A DNA stretch of 64,000 nt, from contig NIVC01000109.1 in the NCBI GenBank assembly GCA_002269645.1, positions 793,670 to 857,669 of the forward strand, written 5' to 3'. The first letter of the stretch is position 1. Every line of letters starts with the position of its first letter. The DNA is from Macrostomum lignano. Taxonomy: Eukaryota. The position numbers and the translations under genes were made by a program. Shown one piece after another: positions 60,686 through 64,000 of this stretch. The notes beneath the pieces were generated by a model that did no database searches, was not told where the DNA came from, and worked only from the letters and a program-made list of their open reading frames with translations.

Positions 60686-63600
60686 TGGTCCTCGCCATAG
60701 ACAAGCACCAGCATCACAAGAAGCTCGGAATGCCGTAGTTTCACACATAGACAAATAGCCGCTGCAGAAGCTGCAAGCCTTTATTTATAAGTATACTTAG
60801 TAGGATAAGTGAAAATATTGCAAATGTGAAGACAAGCAAAGAAGAAAACGAATATGTAAAGGAATTAATACAAAACAGACACGAAAGTAGGCAAGTAAGC
60901 AAACAAGCACGTAGACAGACAGCAAACAAACAAACAATAAAAGGCGAAAACAAACAGCCAAATGAGTTGCAAGCAAACCGCGCAAGACAAACGAGAGTCA
61001 AGTAAAGACAATAAATTCAAGGCGTCACCCGCACAATGCTAATTTGAAGTCACTGACCCATGAAAATAATTTTTTGTTAGCATCTGACGCACAGTTGTTG
61101 TGTTCACAGCGTTAAGCCTCCAAAGTACATGCCGCAACCTAATGCAAAGGTATTTCTTAGAAATCGCCTGCACTAGAAAATATTGATGGTTTTCTTCGGG
61201 TGCTCCATTGCTGCAAACGTGAGCGAAGAGTGACAACTCGATACCCTGTTGGATGCAGATTGGAAGTAGACGATCGAGTATATCTAGAGACAGTTCGCCA
61301 GTTCTGACTCCTTTCACAGCCGACTCGCAAATGTTCGCCAGTCGGCAAAGTGATGCTGATGGTCGAAAAAGACGATCGCGATCTTTGACAGTAGTAAGCA
61401 GGTTGGTGTGCATCTCGCAATGAAGAGATGCCTTGCAGTTTTCGCAAGACAGTCTGTTTGTAAGTCATCTGCCAATGAATCCAGCGATGTAGCAGCCGAC
61501 ATTCTGGCTAATGAGGCTGAGTGCTAATTGCGGTGGATCTTCGATTTCATCTTGTACACTGGCAGAAGCAGAGGTGGACAGTCCAGGCGGAGGTGATATC
61601 TGTGTCGAGAGGGACCCTGTGTCGAGCTCCACTTGTTGAACCGGGGATGTTGCAGCAGCCAAAATGTAAAAATGTAAGCAACTGGCACTTTCCACGGGCG
61701 CTGAAGATGGCAGGCCATGACAACGATTGCCTCAGACGCAAGTTTGTGACCTGAATTTTCATGGATCCCTGAGTCACAATAGCCGACCACTCTTCCTTCG
61801 CTAGCTTCCCAACACAACTCCTTTCGAAGATGCATGCCATCAATGACTAGAGTCCAGTCGTTGCAAGCGACGCCATCGAAGATCTGTTTCGATAGGGCTC
61901 CAACCTTCTTGACTCCAGCAATGGAAATGCCAGGCCTGCCATCCACTGCTCCAATCCAAGACCGCAAGGTTGACGGCGAAGGGAGGTGCATGAGTTTTCT
62001 CAACTCTCGATATGCTTTTGGAGAGCAGAAGTTGATCCTCTCGGCGAAGTCTTTGATGTGGTTATTGAAACCACCTGTGGTATTTCGTGGTCGTAAAGAA
62101 AACAGCTTGAGACCTTCAGAAGTCAACATTTGCTTTACATGTTTTAAGGTCGCTTCGGTACTTTTCCATTTTGCAACGCGTGGACCAAAAGTCTTAATCG
62201 TGCGCTTCTTGTGCTTCAGCCGCATCAACAGGCGCTGTTGAGTGTTTGGTGGTGAGTCAACTGATTTGCGTGTGGTTGCCGCGCTGCAACTGACAGGCAT
62301 CGGCATCTCAAACTCGCAGTCTCCAGTAGTTTCGTTTGCATAAGAGTTTGGATCGTGGAAGTCAGTGAGCTCTTGCGTTTCAAGCTTAGTCCACTCAAGC
62401 TTCGGAACTGCGCCAGTTATCAGTCGCTTGCTCCTCCCATGAGCCTGCATGTCTCGCTGTTCAAAGTGCAGCTCACAAAGAAACTTACGAGCTCCGAATT
62501 TGAAATGTGGCTTTGCTTGCACATTGCTGTTCCACTGCGCTAGTCGATACGGATCACCGATTGGATAAGAAAAAAGGGTGACAGGTTTCGTGCCTTGTCC
62601 ACTTTTGGATAGGCATCCGATTGCAGCACAAATTCTGACGTCCTTAATCATCTCGCGAAGCCATCTTTTGCCGCTGTAGAGTGTTCTACCTCCCGTAAAA
62701 AAGGAAAAAGAAGTTAATCGTAGGATGCTAGTAAGTAAGTAGTAAGTAAGTAAGTAGGATGTAAGTAAGTAAGTACACACATGCGCACCTAAATCTTAAA
62801 TGAATCATGTTACCAGAAAATACGCGATGAGCTATGTTCCCCTTTTAGCGCAACACATGAGTTGTAATGCTGCTATTTTGGACTGCAAATTCGCCTATAA
62901 ATACAAGTGGTCCGAAGCGGACCAGGAGCCAACTCCCGACGATAGGAGAAGCTCCGAAGAGGAAGCCTTAGGAGGACTTCCTGATCACCAAGTCAATCGA
63001 GACTCGGTCGAGTTGTTGCGGTAAGCCTTCCTTATTTGCGCCCGTTGTGTTAGAGACGTCTCGCTCAAGTCTAGTGTTACATGAGTTTAGTTGAGTCTGT
63101 TTAGACTCTACTGGTTGCAGTCTCCAGAAGGACTGCCCCTGATAGGTCTTAGAAGACTATCAGTGGTTTCCGGAGCTATACCTAAGGTGCATAGAGGCAC
63201 TGCTAGAAGAAGGAGGCTTAATTCAAACCGCAGTTCGGCGCAGGGTACCCATTGTTGATACGAGACCTCTGATTGGTCCTGACTGCAGATACCGGCCGGA
63301 ACAACTTCATCTGAAGTACAAGAGGAACCAGGACCAGAGAAACAGGAGAGACAAGGCGCCTGATCGACAGATCAACTGTGAATAACAGTCAGCGAGATCT
63401 ACGTTCGAGATCAACTCAAGGAAGAGATCTACACATCCCGATTTAAAGGTAATTGAATACCTTCAGTTAATTACTGGGTTGCCTAGCAAAGTAGCTAGAA
63501 GTGATTGTTCCTTGATTACGGTTGAGGACTGGTAATAAGGAACACATCACCGCCCTGCATATATTGCGAGCATGTGCTTGGACATAAAATAGAATACTTA

Positions 63601-63702
63601 TAAATAAAGGTTTGCAGCTTCTGCAGCGGCTATTTGTCTATGTGTGAAAGTACGGCATTCTGAGCTTCTTGTGATGCTGGTGCTTGTCTATGGCTAGGAC
63701 CA
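60686..63702 (-). mobile_element. THAP/P-element (Galileo-like, long TIR) deletion derivative B
   Basis: 109-bp inverted repeats 60686-60794 / 63594-63702 enclosing transposase remnants; no TSD seen. Confidence 0.88.
61039..62651 (-). pseudogene. THAP9/P-type transposase with internal deletion
   Basis: THAP (CAAIGC...FSYP...W...LCELHF...GAVP), SPKAYRELRK..LPSPSTLRSW, LVIDGMHLRK, WKVPVAY. Then jumps near 61661-61675 to C-terminal YIAGFIGR*...CENC...LFRPS...ENHQYFL. Confidence 0.88.
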
Positions 63703-64000
63703 AAAAAATCGAGCTTCTGGCGATCCAGTTATATTATTCATCCATGGTTAGACTGGACCCCAGTCTAAATTGTCTGAATTGAATTGAATTGAACGTGAAA
63801 AGGTGTAGCAAGCATTAGCAAGACAATGCACAAGTATTTCCATAGACGCTACAGGCAAGTTTTTTTTCCGCTGGCGTCATTGACCTTGCGATGGAAGTGG
63901 CAGTTGACTCTATCGCGGGACAAACACCCGGCTGTCGCAGGATAAAGTTTCCGGATGCTTCTGTGTACTGTCGATCTAGACGTCAAGCAAAATCCCATGC

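Overview
Repeat-rich animal (invertebrate) nuclear DNA, not prokaryotic. GC-rich exons sit among many minisatellites, reminiscent of the flatworm Macrostomum, but that taxon is only an inference. Most long ORFs in the track are microsatellite or minisatellite artefacts. Two spliced minus-strand genes can be rebuilt by hand with GT-AG introns and consistent phases. The first is an anosmin-1/KAL-1 homologue (signal peptide, Cys box, 8-Cys WAP, FN3 repeats; 9 exons, 19589 to about 256, running off the left edge). The second is a complete flotillin-1 (4 coding exons, 39346-28816, 436 aa). Flotillin intron 1 holds a near-intact DD34D mariner, two MITE/foldback elements and an antisense CARD-like ORF. 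The right 24 kb is a nested transposon cluster: two THAP/P-element-like derivatives lacking the catalytic core, a Tc1/IS630-like transposase with unusual DD30E spacing split by an RT-RNaseH LINE (12-bp TSD), and three head-to-tail Helitrons in one A|T site. Other oddities are a 42-bp minisatellite that reads as an LRR motif, an Asp-rich exon-like tract with a MITE at its putative splice acceptor, and an orphan ORF with His-containing hexapeptide repeats. No CRISPR array, rRNA or convincing tRNA was found.
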